A stretch of DNA of 64,000 nt from Spirochaetia bacterium (GCA_963662795.1 OY759746.1:3456001-3520000); one strand, 5' to 3'. Shown: positions 33,291 through 43,655, numbered from the stretch's first letter. Numbers and translations: made by a program. The notes: generated by a model from the letters alone, not told the origin.

Positions 33291-33887
33291 ATGAAAAAAA
33301 TTATTTTAATAATTATTCTGGCGGCAGTTCCGTCAACTTCTGTTTTCAGCTATAAAATACTTTATGCTGAACAGTTTTATAAATTATATCACAGGCATTT
33401 TTACCAATATCCGGAAGATTATCTGGAAAATATATACTACCTTGAAGAGGCACTTCGTTCAGATTTCGCAAATCCTTTAAACGCACTGGCTATTATAAAA
33501 AACAAATCAGACTGGGAAAGATACCGCAATCTATTTCGCATGCATGTAAGCCTGAAACTGACTGATTTATATCTCGGTCTTGGAAGTAAATATGACAAAA
33601 GAAGCGCTTATTTTTTTAATGCGCCATGGCAGCGGGAGAATGTTGAAAGTCTTAAAATTGCCCGAGAATCATATGAATACGCCCGTGTTTACTGGGAAGA
33701 GGCCCTGAAATGGAACGATAAAATCAAACATTCATGGGTCTGTCTTGAAGAGGTTCAAAACTGGGAAGACGAGTCCTTCAGAATAAGGGAAAAAGAACTT
33801 GATTATAGTTCAATAATAGACAGGCATATCACCCGGCTTGACAAGGTAATGGCTGATTTCTTAAAAATGGACAGCAGTACATACTAA
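33291..33887 (+). CDS. Exported helical hypothetical protein
   Basis: Signal peptide MKKIILIIILAA..., Tyr/Trp-rich helical body. Alternative GTG start at 33282. Confidence 0.7.
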   Translation: MKKIILIIILAAVPSTSVFSYKILYAEQFYKLYHRHFYQYPEDYLENIYYLEEALRSDFANPLNALAIIKNKSDWERYRNLFRMHVSLKLTDLYLGLGSKYDKRSAYFFNAPWQRENVESLKIARESYEYARVYWEEALKWNDKIKHSWVCLEEVQNWEDESFRIREKELDYSSIIDRHITRLDKVMADFLKMDSSTY

Positions 33888-33888
33888 A

Positions 33889-34905
33889 TCAGATTAAAAA
33901 CACAGCATCCCCGTAGGAAAAAAACCTGTACTCCGCATTAACGGCTTCAGAATATATTTTTTTAATCTGATCACTGCCGGCGAATGCTGATACCAGCAGA
34001 ATCAGTGATGAATCCGGTGTGTGGAAGTTGGTAAAAAGATGATCAACCATTTTGAATTTATAACCAGGATAAATAAAAAGCGATGTCGAATTTTGACCAG
34101 AAATCAGTTTGCCGCCTTCGGTTGATGATTCAAGAGCCCTGAGGGAGGTCGTCCCGATTGCAGCAATCCTGCCTCCCGACGCCCTGCATCTGTTTATTTT
34201 TTCTGCGGTATCCGGCGTAATATCATAATATTCTTCATGCATTTTGTGGTCTTCTACAAATTCACTGCGTACGGGATGAAAAGTACCCATTCCGACATGA
34301 AGGGTTATAAAACATATTTCTATCCCTTTATCCCGTATCTTCTGGATAATCTCATCAGTAAAATGAAGACCTGCAGTAGGTGCGGCTGCAGACCCTGTTG
34401 TTTTGGAATAAACAGTTTGATAACGCTCGCTGTCAGAGAGTATATCATCTCTTTTTATGTATGGTGGGAGCGGCATATGACCGTATTTTTCAAGATATTC
34501 ATCATTAACAGGATGAGAAAATTCAATTATTCTTTTTTTATCTTCAGTATCGATGATTTTCCCGGTTATACCGTCAGGAAAACTATACTTTTTGCCTGTT
34601 TTCTGTTTTTTTGTCTTGCTGCAGATAGTACTCCAGGTAGAATCTGATATTTTCAGAAGCAGGAGAAACTCGGTTTTCCCGCCGTTATCAGAAATGCCGA
34701 ATAAACGGGCTTTTCTTACCCGCGTATTGTTAAAAACAATGCATGTGTTTTTATCAAGGTAATCCGGAAAATCCTTTACATTTGTGTGAATTATTTCCGA
34801 GCTTTTTCTTTTGTAAACCAATAACCTGCTGTCTCCCCTTTTTTCAGACGGATATTGGGCAATAAGTTCAGGTGGCAGATCAAAATAAAAATCGCTGGTT
34901 TTCAA
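33889..34905 (-). CDS. queA: S-adenosylmethionine:tRNA ribosyltransferase-isomerase
   Basis: [42 protein letters not shown]. Confidence 0.97.
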   Translation of the reverse strand: MKTSDFYFDLPPELIAQYPSEKRGDSRLLVYKRKSSEIIHTNVKDFPDYLDKNTCIVFNNTRVRKARLFGISDNGGKTEFLLLLKISDSTWSTICSKTKKQKTGKKYSFPDGITGKIIDTEDKKRIIEFSHPVNDEYLEKYGHMPLPPYIKRDDILSDSERYQTVYSKTTGSAAAPTAGLHFTDEIIQKIRDKGIEICFITLHVGMGTFHPVRSEFVEDHKMHEEYYDITPDTAEKINRCRASGGRIAAIGTTSLRALESSTEGGKLISGQNSTSLFIYPGYKFKMVDHLFTNFHTPDSSLILLVSAFAGSDQIKKIYSEAVNAEYRFFSYGDAVFLI

Positions 34906-35905
34906 TACTGCCTTCTTTCATAATTTCAAGATGTTCATAAGCAAGGTCTGTTGCAACTCTTCCCCGGGGTGTTCTTTTTATCATTCCTATCTGAATAAGA
35001 AAAGGTTCATAAAAATCTTCAAGTGTTTCAACTGTTTCTCCAACAGAAATTGCAAGTGTTTCTGCACCGACAGGACCGCCTGAGTATTTATTTATTATTA
35101 CATCAAGTATCTGTCTGTCAAAAGATTCAAGGCCCAGACTGTCAATATTGAGTTTTTTAAGACTGTAGACAACTATCTCTTCAGTTATTGTCCCGTCTCC
35201 TGTAATCTGAGCAAAATCGCGAATTCGCCGTAAAAGACGGTTTGCGACTCGCGGAGTTCCCCTGCAGCAGGTTGACAGAAGTTCAATGGCTTTGTCTGAA
35301 CAGGTAATATCCAGTATCCCCGATGAGCGGCGCAGTATGCTTATAATATCTTTTTTTTCATACAGGTTCATTCTGATATTAATACCGAATCTGCTGAAAA
35401 GGGGACTGGATACGTTTCCGGATTTTGTTGTAGCTCCTACCAGAGTAAATGATGGAAGAGGTATTCTTACTGATCTTGCTGACGGGCCCTGCCCTATAAT
35501 CCAGTCAAGCTCAAAGTCTTCCATCGCTATATAAAGCATTTCTTCTATAGCAGGTTTTAATCTGTGGATCTCATCAATAAAAAAAACAGTATGTTCGTTA
35601 ATCGAAGTAAGAAGTCCTGCCAGATCCTTGGGTTTATCCATGGCAGGTGCTGAAGTGACCTTGAACTCACTTCCCATTTCATTTGCAAGAATAAAGGCAA
35701 GAGTGGTTTTCCCAAGTCCAGGGGGGCCGCTTAGAAAAACATGATCGAGGCTTTCTGATCTTTCTTTCGCCGCGCTTAAAAATATTTTAAGATTATCCTT
35801 TATTTCATGTTGCCCCTGAAAATCATCAAGCCTTAAAGGACGGAGGTTTTTTTCTTTTACATCTTCTTCCGAAAATTCTCCGGACAGCATTTTTGATTTA
35901 TCCAT
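34880..35905 (-). CDS. ruvB: Holliday junction helicase RuvB
   Basis: [38 protein letters not shown]. Confidence 0.98.
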   Translation of the reverse strand: MDKSKMLSGEFSEEDVKEKNLRPLRLDDFQGQHEIKDNLKIFLSAAKERSESLDHVFLSGPPGLGKTTLAFILANEMGSEFKVTSAPAMDKPKDLAGLLTSINEHTVFFIDEIHRLKPAIEEMLYIAMEDFELDWIIGQGPSARSVRIPLPSFTLVGATTKSGNVSSPLFSRFGINIRMNLYEKKDIISILRRSSGILDITCSDKAIELLSTCCRGTPRVANRLLRRIRDFAQITGDGTITEEIVVYSLKKLNIDSLGLESFDRQILDVIINKYSGGPVGAETLAISVGETVETLEDFYEPFLIQIGMIKRTPRGRVATDLAYEHLEIMKEGSIENQRFLF

Positions 35906-35917
35906 AATTATATTTTA

Positions 35918-36508
35918 TCATGAGCTTAAGGCAATAATTGCTTTTTTCATAATAATTTTTTCCTTTTCACTTATATCCTTTAATGAAGAAACTTCGCTGT
36001 CTTCCGCAATATCAAGTACTGTTTTTGCAGCTTTACGGTAATCAAAACCCATATCAGAGAGAGCTTTTATTATGTCAGCAAAAGGAGATGCCGCATCGCT
36101 GCTTTCCTTTAATAGTTTTCCCCTCATTGCAAGAACTATTTTCTGCGCCGTTTTCTGTCCTATTCCCGGAAGCGCTGACAGTACTGAAAGGTTTTCCGTA
36201 TCAAGGGCAGATATAAAATCATCAGCAGAAATTCCTGACATTATTTTAACTGCCTGTTTGGGTCCTATGCCGCTTATTTTGATAAGTTCAAGAAAAAGCA
36301 GTCTCTCTTTTTTATCTGCAAATCCGAAAATAGAAATATTATCTTCCCTTAAATGGAGATAAGTAAGGACTCTGACGCTATTGCCGGGTGACGGAAGCTG
36401 CATAATTGTTTTAGAAGATGCAGCTATATCCCATTCTATCCCGTTATTTTCCAGAAAAAAACTGCTGTTTCCCTTGTGTGTAATTGTACCTGTTATACTA
36501 TTAAACAT
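35918..36508 (-). CDS. ruvA: Holliday junction DNA-binding protein RuvA
   Basis: HLRED, ISGIGPK, LPGIGQKTA HhH motifs. Confidence 0.96.
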   Translation of the reverse strand: MFNSITGTITHKGNSSFFLENNGIEWDIAASSKTIMQLPSPGNSVRVLTYLHLREDNISIFGFADKKERLLFLELIKISGIGPKQAVKIMSGISADDFISALDTENLSVLSALPGIGQKTAQKIVLAMRGKLLKESSDAASPFADIIKALSDMGFDYRKAAKTVLDIAEDSEVSSLKDISEKEKIIMKKAIIALSS

Positions 36509-36986
36509 TTATAAAACCCCTGTTGTTGCAGTGGCAGATAGCTGCTGCCAGAGCATCTGACGCGTGATCCGGTTCAGGTATTTTCTCCAGTTTCAAAAGC
36601 AGTTTTACAAGAGCCTGAACCTGATTTTTTTCCGCCCTGCCGCTTCCAACGATTGATTGCTTGATTTGAAGCGGTGTATATTCAGCTGCAGATATATTTT
36701 TTTGTGCACAAAGAAGATGAATAACCCCTTTGGCATGAGCAACAGGAATTGCGCTTAATACATTACGCGCAAAAAAAATGGATTCAATACCAGCTTCTGC
36801 AGGTTTATATATATTCAATATTTTTTCAAATTCTTTATATATTGATTCAAGACGTTTTGACAGATCAGCATCAGATGAAGTCTGAACAACTCCATGACAA
36901 ACATGTGTATATCTGCAGTCTGCGTAGTCGACAATACCCCAGCCGGTTTGTGCCAGGCCTGGATCAATACCCAAAACTCTAACCAA
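36501..36986 (-). CDS. ruvC: Crossover junction endodeoxyribonuclease RuvC
   Basis: LGIDPG, EYTPLQIK, DHASDALA. Confidence 0.96.
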   Translation of the reverse strand: MVRVLGIDPGLAQTGWGIVDYADCRYTHVCHGVVQTSSDADLSKRLESIYKEFEKILNIYKPAEAGIESIFFARNVLSAIPVAHAKGVIHLLCAQKNISAAEYTPLQIKQSIVGSGRAEKNQVQALVKLLLKLEKIPEPDHASDALAAAICHCNNRGFINV

Positions 36987-36997
36987 GAAGAAGCCTG

Positions 36998-37741
36998 TTA
37001 TTCGTCAAAATCAAAATCATCAGGAATTTCAAGGTTTGTTGATACAGACTGCACATCATCAAGATCTTCCAGCCTTTCAACCAGTCTTAATGCCTTTGCA
37101 GTTTTATCCTTGTCAAGCGTTACAGTTGAATCCGGAATCATGGAAATTTCTGCCGTATCTTTTTCAAACCCGGCTTCAGCAAGGGCATTGCGTACCTTTT
37201 CAAAATCATCTGGTTCAGTAACTACTTCTACGGTATCTCCCAGAGTGCTTACATCTTCAGCTCCGGACTCAAGCGCAACTTCAATTATATCATCTTCTGA
37301 ATATTTTGATGAATCGAAACCAATTATCCCTTTTCTTTTAAAGAGATATGATACACATCCAGTTTCGCCGAGGTTGCCTCCACCCTTTGTAAGCTGGCTT
37401 CTGACATCTGCAGCTGTACGGTTTTTGTTGTCTGTAAGGGTATCAATGAGGATAGCTACTCCACCCGGTCCGTATCCCTCATATGTCAATTCTACATATG
37501 TAACGCCGTCAAGTTCGCCTATTCCCTTTTTAACTGCCCTGTCAATATTATCTTTGGGCATATTGGCATCTTTTGCTTTGAGTATTGCTGTTCTTAAACG
37601 GGGATTCAGGTTTTCATCTCCTCCTCCCATTTTGGCTGCGACTGTGATTTCTTTTATTATTTTTGTAAATATTTTTCCCCGTTTTGCATCATTTGCACCT
37701 TTTTTATGCTTTATGGAAGCCCATTTGCTGTGGCCGGACAT
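36998..37741 (-). CDS. yebC: YebC/PmpR family protein
   Basis: [28 protein letters not shown]. Confidence 0.96.
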   Translation of the reverse strand: MSGHSKWASIKHKKGANDAKRGKIFTKIIKEITVAAKMGGGDENLNPRLRTAILKAKDANMPKDNIDRAVKKGIGELDGVTYVELTYEGYGPGGVAILIDTLTDNKNRTAADVRSQLTKGGGNLGETGCVSYLFKRKGIIGFDSSKYSEDDIIEVALESGAEDVSTLGDTVEVVTEPDDFEKVRNALAEAGFEKDTAEISMIPDSTVTLDKDKTAKALRLVERLEDLDDVQSVSTNLEIPDDFDFDE

Positions 37742-37787
37742 ATTTTGTCTCCTTGTTAGTAATTATCTCATATAACTTTATATCAGA

Positions 37788-37817
37788 AAAGTATCATAAT
37801 GAAAAATCAGGTGTCAA
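37788..37817 (-). promoter_or_regulatory. Putative sigma70 promoter of yebC-ruvCAB-queA
   Basis: TTGACA-18 nt-TACTTT with TGn. Confidence 0.5.
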
Positions 37818-38980
37818 GTAAAGTTGCATTTTACTTTCTCCAAATATCTTAAGATATCAATCATAAATGAATTATGGAAAAACCGCCCGCTGCGGTTGAG
37901 CGCAAGATTTTTATTATCAGAAGATATATAACCTTTGTTTTTCCAGACATTAATTACAGGAAGAAGCAGTTCCCGGATGTTTAAATTGAAATATTCATTG
38001 TTTTTTTCAAGATCAACACCTTCGGATGTGCGAAGCCCCATCATCAGTGTTTCTACCAAGAGATCATATCTGCTTAATTTTTCTGATTTAGTTCCCCATT
38101 GACTGTCAGAACCTTCCAGAAAAATTTCAGGGACGGAAGATGCAGTCAGCCTGATCCCGCATTTGGTTTCATCATAAACAGTTGATACTGCAGACATTCC
38201 ACAGCCCATATATGGCTCCATCCGCCAGTAATTCATGTTGTGGAGAGATTCCTTGCCGGTTCTTGCAAAATTGGATATTTCATAATGATTATAACCGCTA
38301 TCGTATAGATAATCAGCAGCTTCAACCCAGCAGTTTTCGTCCTGGTCTGTGTCTGAATAATTATCAAACAATGGAGTCTTTTTTTCAAGTGTCAGATAGT
38401 AAAGTGAAATATGGTCGGGAATGAATCTTAAAGCTTTTTTTACATCATCTATTGCTTCTGAAACATTTTGTCCTGGAATTGATGAAATTAAATCCAGAGA
38501 AAGAGTTTTATTATCAAGTGCCTTAAGCATTTCCAGAGCTTTGAAATTTGCCTGCGGACTGCAGTTCCGTCCTATTATTTCAAGCATTCTGCCGCTGAAA
38601 GACTGAATGCCAATACTCATACGGGTTACAGGTATTTCGGCAAGCAGGCTGATTAAATCGTCATCTACAGTTTCAGGATTGATTTCTATTGTAAATTCTT
38701 CAGGAATGAAATCACATATTTCAAGAACCTTTTCAATAAAAGTTCCAAGTTCTGCCGTTCTTAATGATGTAGGAGTGCCTCCTCCGATATATAACGTTTT
38801 AAAATTGGATTTGCAGTATTGCTCTTTATAAATTCTGATCTGATTCAGTGTTTCTGATAAAATATTACTTACAATCGAGTCATCAGAAGAAAAAAATGAA
38901 AAAAAATCGCAATATCTGCATTTTTTAACGCAAAAAGGGATATGGATATAGAGGGACCGGGGATATGTCCTAAAAGCCAT
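37814..38980 (-). CDS. hemW: Radical SAM heme chaperone HemW (HemN-like)
   Basis: LYIHIPFCVKKCRYCDF, GGGTP, YEISNF, HNMNYW. Start may be 38992. Confidence 0.88.
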   Translation of the reverse strand: MAFRTYPRSLYIHIPFCVKKCRYCDFFSFFSSDDSIVSNILSETLNQIRIYKEQYCKSNFKTLYIGGGTPTSLRTAELGTFIEKVLEICDFIPEEFTIEINPETVDDDLISLLAEIPVTRMSIGIQSFSGRMLEIIGRNCSPQANFKALEMLKALDNKTLSLDLISSIPGQNVSEAIDDVKKALRFIPDHISLYYLTLEKKTPLFDNYSDTDQDENCWVEAADYLYDSGYNHYEISNFARTGKESLHNMNYWRMEPYMGCGMSAVSTVYDETKCGIRLTASSVPEIFLEGSDSQWGTKSEKLSRYDLLVETLMMGLRTSEGVDLEKNNEYFNLNIRELLLPVINVWKNKGYISSDNKNLALNRSGRFFHNSFMIDILRYLEKVKCNFT

Positions 38981-39719
38981 TGATACGTTCAAACGGCCAG
39001 TATCTTAAAACTGCTTTACCTTTTATTAAATCTGCAGAGACAAGTCCGCTGCTGCGGGAATCAGGGAACAACTCCCTGTTGTCGCCGATAATAAAATAGT
39101 AACCGTCTTTGATTGCTGTTTCTTCAGTATCAGAATTAAAAGGATTTTCATCAGAATTCCAGTTTTCAGGTAAAGAAGAAATATTGATATTATATCTGTT
39201 TCCTGTCAATTCAAATTCTGTCAGAAATCTCTCTCCCCCTGAAGGCTTGATTTGAACTACATTGTTTTTAATTTTTACGATATCTCCGGGAAGTCCGATT
39301 ATCCTTTTGACAGAAATATTATCATTATAAGAATGATTTGTTTTTAGATTTTTTTTCTGCAATGTAAAAAAACGGACTACTGCATTTACAGGTTTTAAAT
39401 ACCAGGGATAATTTTTAATAAATTGCTGTCTGTAAATAACTATATCGCCCCGTTTGGGATTACTTAAACCGGGAATTTTGATAAATTTATAAAATAGATA
39501 CTGACTGTAAAGAGGTTTGAAAATTAAAAGACGGTCTTCTTTTTGAATCCCGGGCAGCATTGAGGAAGATTGAACAATGACAGTAGAAATAATGTACACA
39601 GTCATAATTTCATAGAATAACAGCGCAATCAAAAGAAATCTGATTACCTTGAACAGAAAAAAACGTTTAAACGGCCCAGGTCTGTAAAGGCTGTACTGAT
39701 ATTTTTTATTAAATCCCAT
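38970..39719 (-). CDS. lepB: Signal peptidase I
   Basis: SSSMLPG (Ser), VKRIIGLPGD (Lys), GDNR...DSR. Confidence 0.9.
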   Translation of the reverse strand: MGFNKKYQYSLYRPGPFKRFFLFKVIRFLLIALLFYEIMTVYIISTVIVQSSSMLPGIQKEDRLLIFKPLYSQYLFYKFIKIPGLSNPKRGDIVIYRQQFIKNYPWYLKPVNAVVRFFTLQKKNLKTNHSYNDNISVKRIIGLPGDIVKIKNNVVQIKPSGGERFLTEFELTGNRYNINISSLPENWNSDENPFNSDTEETAIKDGYYFIIGDNRELFPDSRSSGLVSADLIKGKAVLRYWPFERINGF

Positions 39720-39727
39720 ATAAAATC

Positions 39728-40714
39728 CTATTTAATTGAACCGAATCTGCCTGGGGGCCAGTATTTAATCATAGCCTTTCCCAGCACCTTCTTCATCCGT
39801 ACAGGACCGAAATATCTTCCGTCTCTTGAGTTGTCCCGGTTATCGCCCAGCGGAAAAATCCACCCTTCCGGAATATACCATCCTGTTTCATATTTGCGCC
39901 ATATTTTCCTGACGGATAAATTGTGAGGCTGCATTGAATATTCTATTTTTGATCTGTATTCATTAAAAGTAATAGAATCCGCATAAACAGAGTTGATATT
40001 TTTCAACGCTTGTGCATCTTCACTGCTTACATCCAGATTGTGGTAACTATAAACAGACGCCCTGGCAGCTTTTAAATATAAACTATAATCCTCATCAGTA
40101 ATCAGTCTTCTTACAGGTGTTACAGCCCTGTCTATCTGTTTGAACTCAGACTCATCAATCCATGAAGATAATCCTTTCGGTTTAATCTGAAGATTTCCAT
40201 TAATATTTCTTATTCTGTCGTTTCCCACCCCAACAGCTCTTTTTATTAAAAAATGGGCTTTGGGATTGCCGTTTTGGTCTTTATCAATATCTATTAGTGA
40301 AAGAGAAAGCATGTATATTATTCGTTGTGCAATATCAAAGACAGGTCCATTTGATAAATAGGTAGGACTTTCAAAAATAATAACTTCTCCTCTTTTCGGA
40401 GAAAAAAATCCGGGAATTTTCATGATTCCAGGCATAAGTTCAGGGCCGTAGATAATTTTATTTACAAAAATTCTGTCTTTAACCAGCAATGTATTCATCA
40501 TTGAGCCGGACGGTATCTGGTATGCCTGGAAAAGGTATTGATTTATGAGCAGAACAACCATTGCAGCCCACAGGAATGCCTCAACCCAATCAAGAACAGG
40601 ATTTTTATTCTTTTGTTTTTCATATTTCCGGTATTTCCGGATATTACGCCATGTAAGGAACTTCTCAGTAATAAGTTGTATTGCAGTTAAGTATTTATTC
40701 ATATATAAGAACAT
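39728..40714 (-). CDS. lepB: Signal peptidase I
   Basis: IPSGSMMNTL, LIKRAVG, GDNRDNSRDGRYFG. Start may be 40702. Confidence 0.92.
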   Translation of the reverse strand: MFLYMNKYLTAIQLITEKFLTWRNIRKYRKYEKQKNKNPVLDWVEAFLWAAMVVLLINQYLFQAYQIPSGSMMNTLLVKDRIFVNKIIYGPELMPGIMKIPGFFSPKRGEVIIFESPTYLSNGPVFDIAQRIIYMLSLSLIDIDKDQNGNPKAHFLIKRAVGVGNDRIRNINGNLQIKPKGLSSWIDESEFKQIDRAVTPVRRLITDEDYSLYLKAARASVYSYHNLDVSSEDAQALKNINSVYADSITFNEYRSKIEYSMQPHNLSVRKIWRKYETGWYIPEGWIFPLGDNRDNSRDGRYFGPVRMKKVLGKAMIKYWPPGRFGSIK

Positions 40715-40749
40715 TTTCCCCGTATCAGCGTATCATAGATTTTATTACA

Positions 40750-40779
40750 TTGACAAGTAATAATAGTTCTCCATATAAT
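40750..40779 (+). promoter_or_regulatory. Consensus sigma70 promoter
   Basis: TTGACA (40750-55), 18 nt spacer, TATAAT (40774-79); ATG follows 9 nt later. Confidence 0.75.
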
Positions 40780-40788
40780 TCCCGCAAT

Positions 40789-42342
40789 ATGTTGAAAAAA
40801 AAGAACACAATAAATGCTGAGTATATTGATCTGAAAGTAAAGCTTAAAAGTATCATGGGAATATCTCCAGGAATTTATCTCACAATTATATATGCTGCAT
40901 TCCTTGCACTATTAATATTTTCAATTCTGTTTTTGCCTGGATTGATGAAAAAAGGAACCAGAGTTTATTTTTCAACTTCCCCGGAAGGTGCTGCAGTTTT
41001 GGTTAATAATGAATATGCAGGTTCAACACCGTTTAAAGGATTTTTATCTGCCGGTATGAATGATGTTGTTTTCAAAAAACCCGGCTTTAATGATAATGGT
41101 GAAGTAATAAATGCCAAAGGTTATGTTTTTGCAACTATTTTCAAAAAACCGGAACTTAAAATTGAAAAAAAACTGGATATCTCCGATTACCGCGAATTAT
41201 ATGAATTTGTGCTTGATGACTATCTAAGATGGGCATCAATTGAAGATTTTCATGAATCTTACCAGCCTGAAATGCTGATATCAAAAACCCTCTCCATGCT
41301 TGAAGAGGGAGGAAAAGAAAGCACATTAACCGAGCCCTTTCTTGAAAAATGCTTTAAAAATATAACAAGAGAATATCTTCTGGGTGATTTTATAAGGGGA
41401 TTATATTTATTTACAAACAGCAATAATCCTCTTCTGCCAAACGATGTATTTGAAATGGCAGCATTTGCATCTGATAAATTTTCTCAAAATCCCGATTATT
41501 TTATTCATCTTTTATCAATTGTCACAAAATCCGGTGATGAGAAATTATCAGCTACATTGCATATCGCTGATTTAATAAAAGAAAGCGAAGAAAAAAGAAT
41601 TCTTGCCCTGAAAAATAAAAAACAATATCCCAGCGCTTCTTTGAAAAAAGAATTTGAAAACAGAACTATATTATCAGGAAACTACCGTAAAATACCTTCA
41701 GGAACCTATATTCTCGGAAATCCTGATGATTCTGAAAAAATAATTAAAGATACTGCTCCTTCTCCCCAATTATTGCTTGAATTTAAAGAATATTTTATTT
41801 CAACAGAAAAAATTACAAACAGACAGTATCTGGAGTTTATAAAGGAAAAGCCATTCTGGAGCAAGAAAAACCTGTCGGAACTTACCGAAAAAAATCTTGT
41901 AGATACAAAATATCTTGAACACTGGCCGGAATATCTTCCTCTTGAAAAAGAGATGGAAAAACCTGTTATAAATATTTCCTATTTTGCTGCAGAAGCCTAT
42001 TGCGATTGGCTGACAGAAAAACTGAAGAAGCAGAATTTTAATTATACTGCAGTAATTCCTGATGAATATATGTGGGAAGCCGCATCTTTAACACAGAATG
42101 CTTTATGGGACTGGTGCTCCAACTGGTATAATACGGCAGATTACATCAATCCTGAGCAGTATCTGAACACATTAATAAACACATCAGGTAATCCATATCT
42201 AAGTGGTATTGAAAAATCTGTAAGGGGCGGCAGCGGAATTAATGAACAGGATAAAATTAACCTGTGGACACGCGCTTCCCAGCCCCCATACTGGTGTACC
42301 CCTTTTACAGGGTTCAGGACAGCACTACTGGAGAATAAATGA
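40789..42342 (+). CDS. Membrane-anchored PEGA + FGE/SUMF1-fold protein
   Basis: TM helix; STSPEGAAVLVN..GSTP (PEGA); ITNRQYLEF, PVINISYFAAEAYCDWL, RGGS, TGFR (FGE fold). ATG 40789 lies just after the promoter; the 3' end overlaps the smpB start. Confidence 0.8.
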   Translation: MLKKKNTINAEYIDLKVKLKSIMGISPGIYLTIIYAAFLALLIFSILFLPGLMKKGTRVYFSTSPEGAAVLVNNEYAGSTPFKGFLSAGMNDVVFKKPGFNDNGEVINAKGYVFATIFKKPELKIEKKLDISDYRELYEFVLDDYLRWASIEDFHESYQPEMLISKTLSMLEEGGKESTLTEPFLEKCFKNITREYLLGDFIRGLYLFTNSNNPLLPNDVFEMAAFASDKFSQNPDYFIHLLSIVTKSGDEKLSATLHIADLIKESEEKRILALKNKKQYPSASLKKEFENRTILSGNYRKIPSGTYILGNPDDSEKIIKDTAPSPQLLLEFKEYFISTEKITNRQYLEFIKEKPFWSKKNLSELTEKNLVDTKYLEHWPEYLPLEKEMEKPVINISYFAAEAYCDWLTEKLKKQNFNYTAVIPDEYMWEAASLTQNALWDWCSNWYNTADYINPEQYLNTLINTSGNPYLSGIEKSVRGGSGINEQDKINLWTRASQPPYWCTPFTGFRTALLENK

Positions 42343-42800
42343 CAACCGATCAAAAGATAAAGGTTCTTTCTGTCAACAAAAAAGCAAGATTCAACTATAT
42401 GGTTGAGGAATCGCTTGAATGCGGAATTGTACTGAAAGGAACCGAAGTTAAATCTCTGCGGATGAATAAATTCTCCTATTCAGACGCTTATTGTAAAATT
42501 GCGAATGGTGAACTTTGGCTGGCTGGGTTTCATATTTCTCCTTATGACTTTGGGAATATTAACAATCATGATCCTGACAGGGAAAGGAAGCTGCTTGCCA
42601 ATAAAATTGAAATTAAAAAACTATCCAGAAAAGTTGCAGAAAAAGGTTTTACTCTTGTTCCGCTTAAAATATATTTAAAAAATGGTAAAGTAAAACTTGA
42701 AATTGGTATTTGTAAAGGTAAAAAAGTATATGATAAGAGAGAATCCATTAAAGAACGTGATGTAAGAAGAGATACTTCCAGGGAAATGAAAAATACCTGA
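42339..42800 (+). CDS. smpB: SsrA-binding protein SmpB
   Basis: NKKARFNY, GIVLKGTEVKSLR, RKLL, KGKKVYDKRE. Confidence 0.97.
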   Translation: MTTDQKIKVLSVNKKARFNYMVEESLECGIVLKGTEVKSLRMNKFSYSDAYCKIANGELWLAGFHISPYDFGNINNHDPDRERKLLANKIEIKKLSRKVAEKGFTLVPLKIYLKNGKVKLEIGICKGKKVYDKRESIKERDVRRDTSREMKNT

Positions 42801-42836
42801 AAAAAGCAATTGCCGCCTCTTTATATAACTTTTATA

Positions 42837-42865
42837 TTGATAAAGTTATTTTTATTAGTTACTAT
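42837..42865 (+). promoter_or_regulatory. Putative ssrA promoter
   Basis: TTGATA-17 nt-TACTAT upstream of the tmRNA 5' end. Confidence 0.6.
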
Positions 42866-42892
42866 ATATATGGACTCCTTATTTTTAAAATA

Positions 42893-43240
42893 GGGGGTGA
42901 AATGGTTTCGACTGGGGATTTTTCGGATCATAGGCAGCAGGTGGAGAGCCGTCTCCTTAAACAGGCAAAAAACATAACTGCTAACGACGCAGAATACGCA
43001 TTAGCAGCTTAATTTAGCTGCTACGGACACCCAGGATGCTGTTCCTAAGCCTGGAATTGTTTGTAAGAAATAGGGACTTGCTGGTATATATGTACTGCTG
43101 TATACCGGGACACAAAGCAGACTAAGGGGGAAGTAAGGTTTGTTACCGCGCCGAACTTTTCCTGAATTCAAGCGGTGACTATGCCTGTAGAAGTTTATGG
43201 GCCTGTCTTCAGGACGGGGGTTCGACTCCCCCCACCTCCA
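42893..43240 (+). ncRNA. ssrA: tmRNA; tag peptide ANDAEYALAA* at 42980-43012
   Basis: 5' GGGGGTG pairs with CACCTCC-A (G3:U Ala identity pair); T-arm GGGGG-TTCGACT-CCCCC; resume context ATAACT-GCT; adjacent to smpB. CCA is not encoded. Confidence 0.96.
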
Positions 43241-43242
43241 AT

Positions 43243-43301
43243 AAAAAAAGACAGTTTCAGCTGAATATTTATTTTAGCAAGCTGAAACTGTCAATTTTTT
43301 T
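43243..43301. terminator. Bidirectional intrinsic terminator
   Basis: 13-bp stem GACAGTTTCAGCT/AGCTGAAACTGTC (43250-62/43280-92) flanked by an A run and a T run. Confidence 0.8.
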
Positions 43302-43308
43302 AATCTAA

Positions 43309-43404
43309 TCAGGCACCCAGAACAAAAGCAATAATACCGATACTACCAAGAATAACAACTGTGTTTAATAGAATGAATAAAATCTTTTTTACCAATTTGT
43401 TCAT
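43309..43404 (-). CDS. 31-aa single-TM small protein MNKLVKKILFILLNTVVILGSIGIIAFVLGA (below the ORF-track cutoff)
   Basis: ATG..TGA read by hand; GGAGGGG RBS 5 nt upstream; basic N-terminus followed by a hydrophobic helix; terminator directly downstream. Confidence 0.7.
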   Translation of the reverse strand: MNKLVKKILFILLNTVVILGSIGIIAFVLGA

Positions 43405-43625
43405 TTTAACCCCTCCGGTTATTTCATATTTATAAAAGACAAAAATGTCTTTGTTCACACATATTTGAAAATTTTAAATGAGTCGGTTTTATGAATTGAT
43501 TTTTATGGTATTTGATATTTTTAACACTTAACCACTAAGGAAGCAATTCATTAGTTCATTGCCCGGCTGTTTTAACCACCACAACACACTAACAAATTTG
43601 TTAAAGAACGGTTAGTAATATGTTA

Positions 43626-43655
43626 AATATACATTTAGTATTTGTGAAAAGTCAA
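43626..43655 (-). promoter_or_regulatory. Putative promoter for the small-ORF transcript
   Basis: TTGACT-18 nt-TATATT. Confidence 0.45.

Noticed and set aside
36894-37775. 293-aa plus-strand ORF
   Set aside because: Antisense shadow of the highly conserved yebC; Ser/Phe-rich, with no motif or RBS.
38970-40714. Tandem signal peptidase I genes as a novelty
   Set aside because: Tandem lepB genes near smpB are a known spirochete arrangement; both keep the Ser/Lys dyad.
43520-43620. Possible c-di-GMP-II or purine riboswitch near guaA
   Set aside because: Only GGAAGCAAT resembles the c-di-GMP-II start; the pseudoknot elements are absent, and the region is downstream of guaA rather than in its leader.
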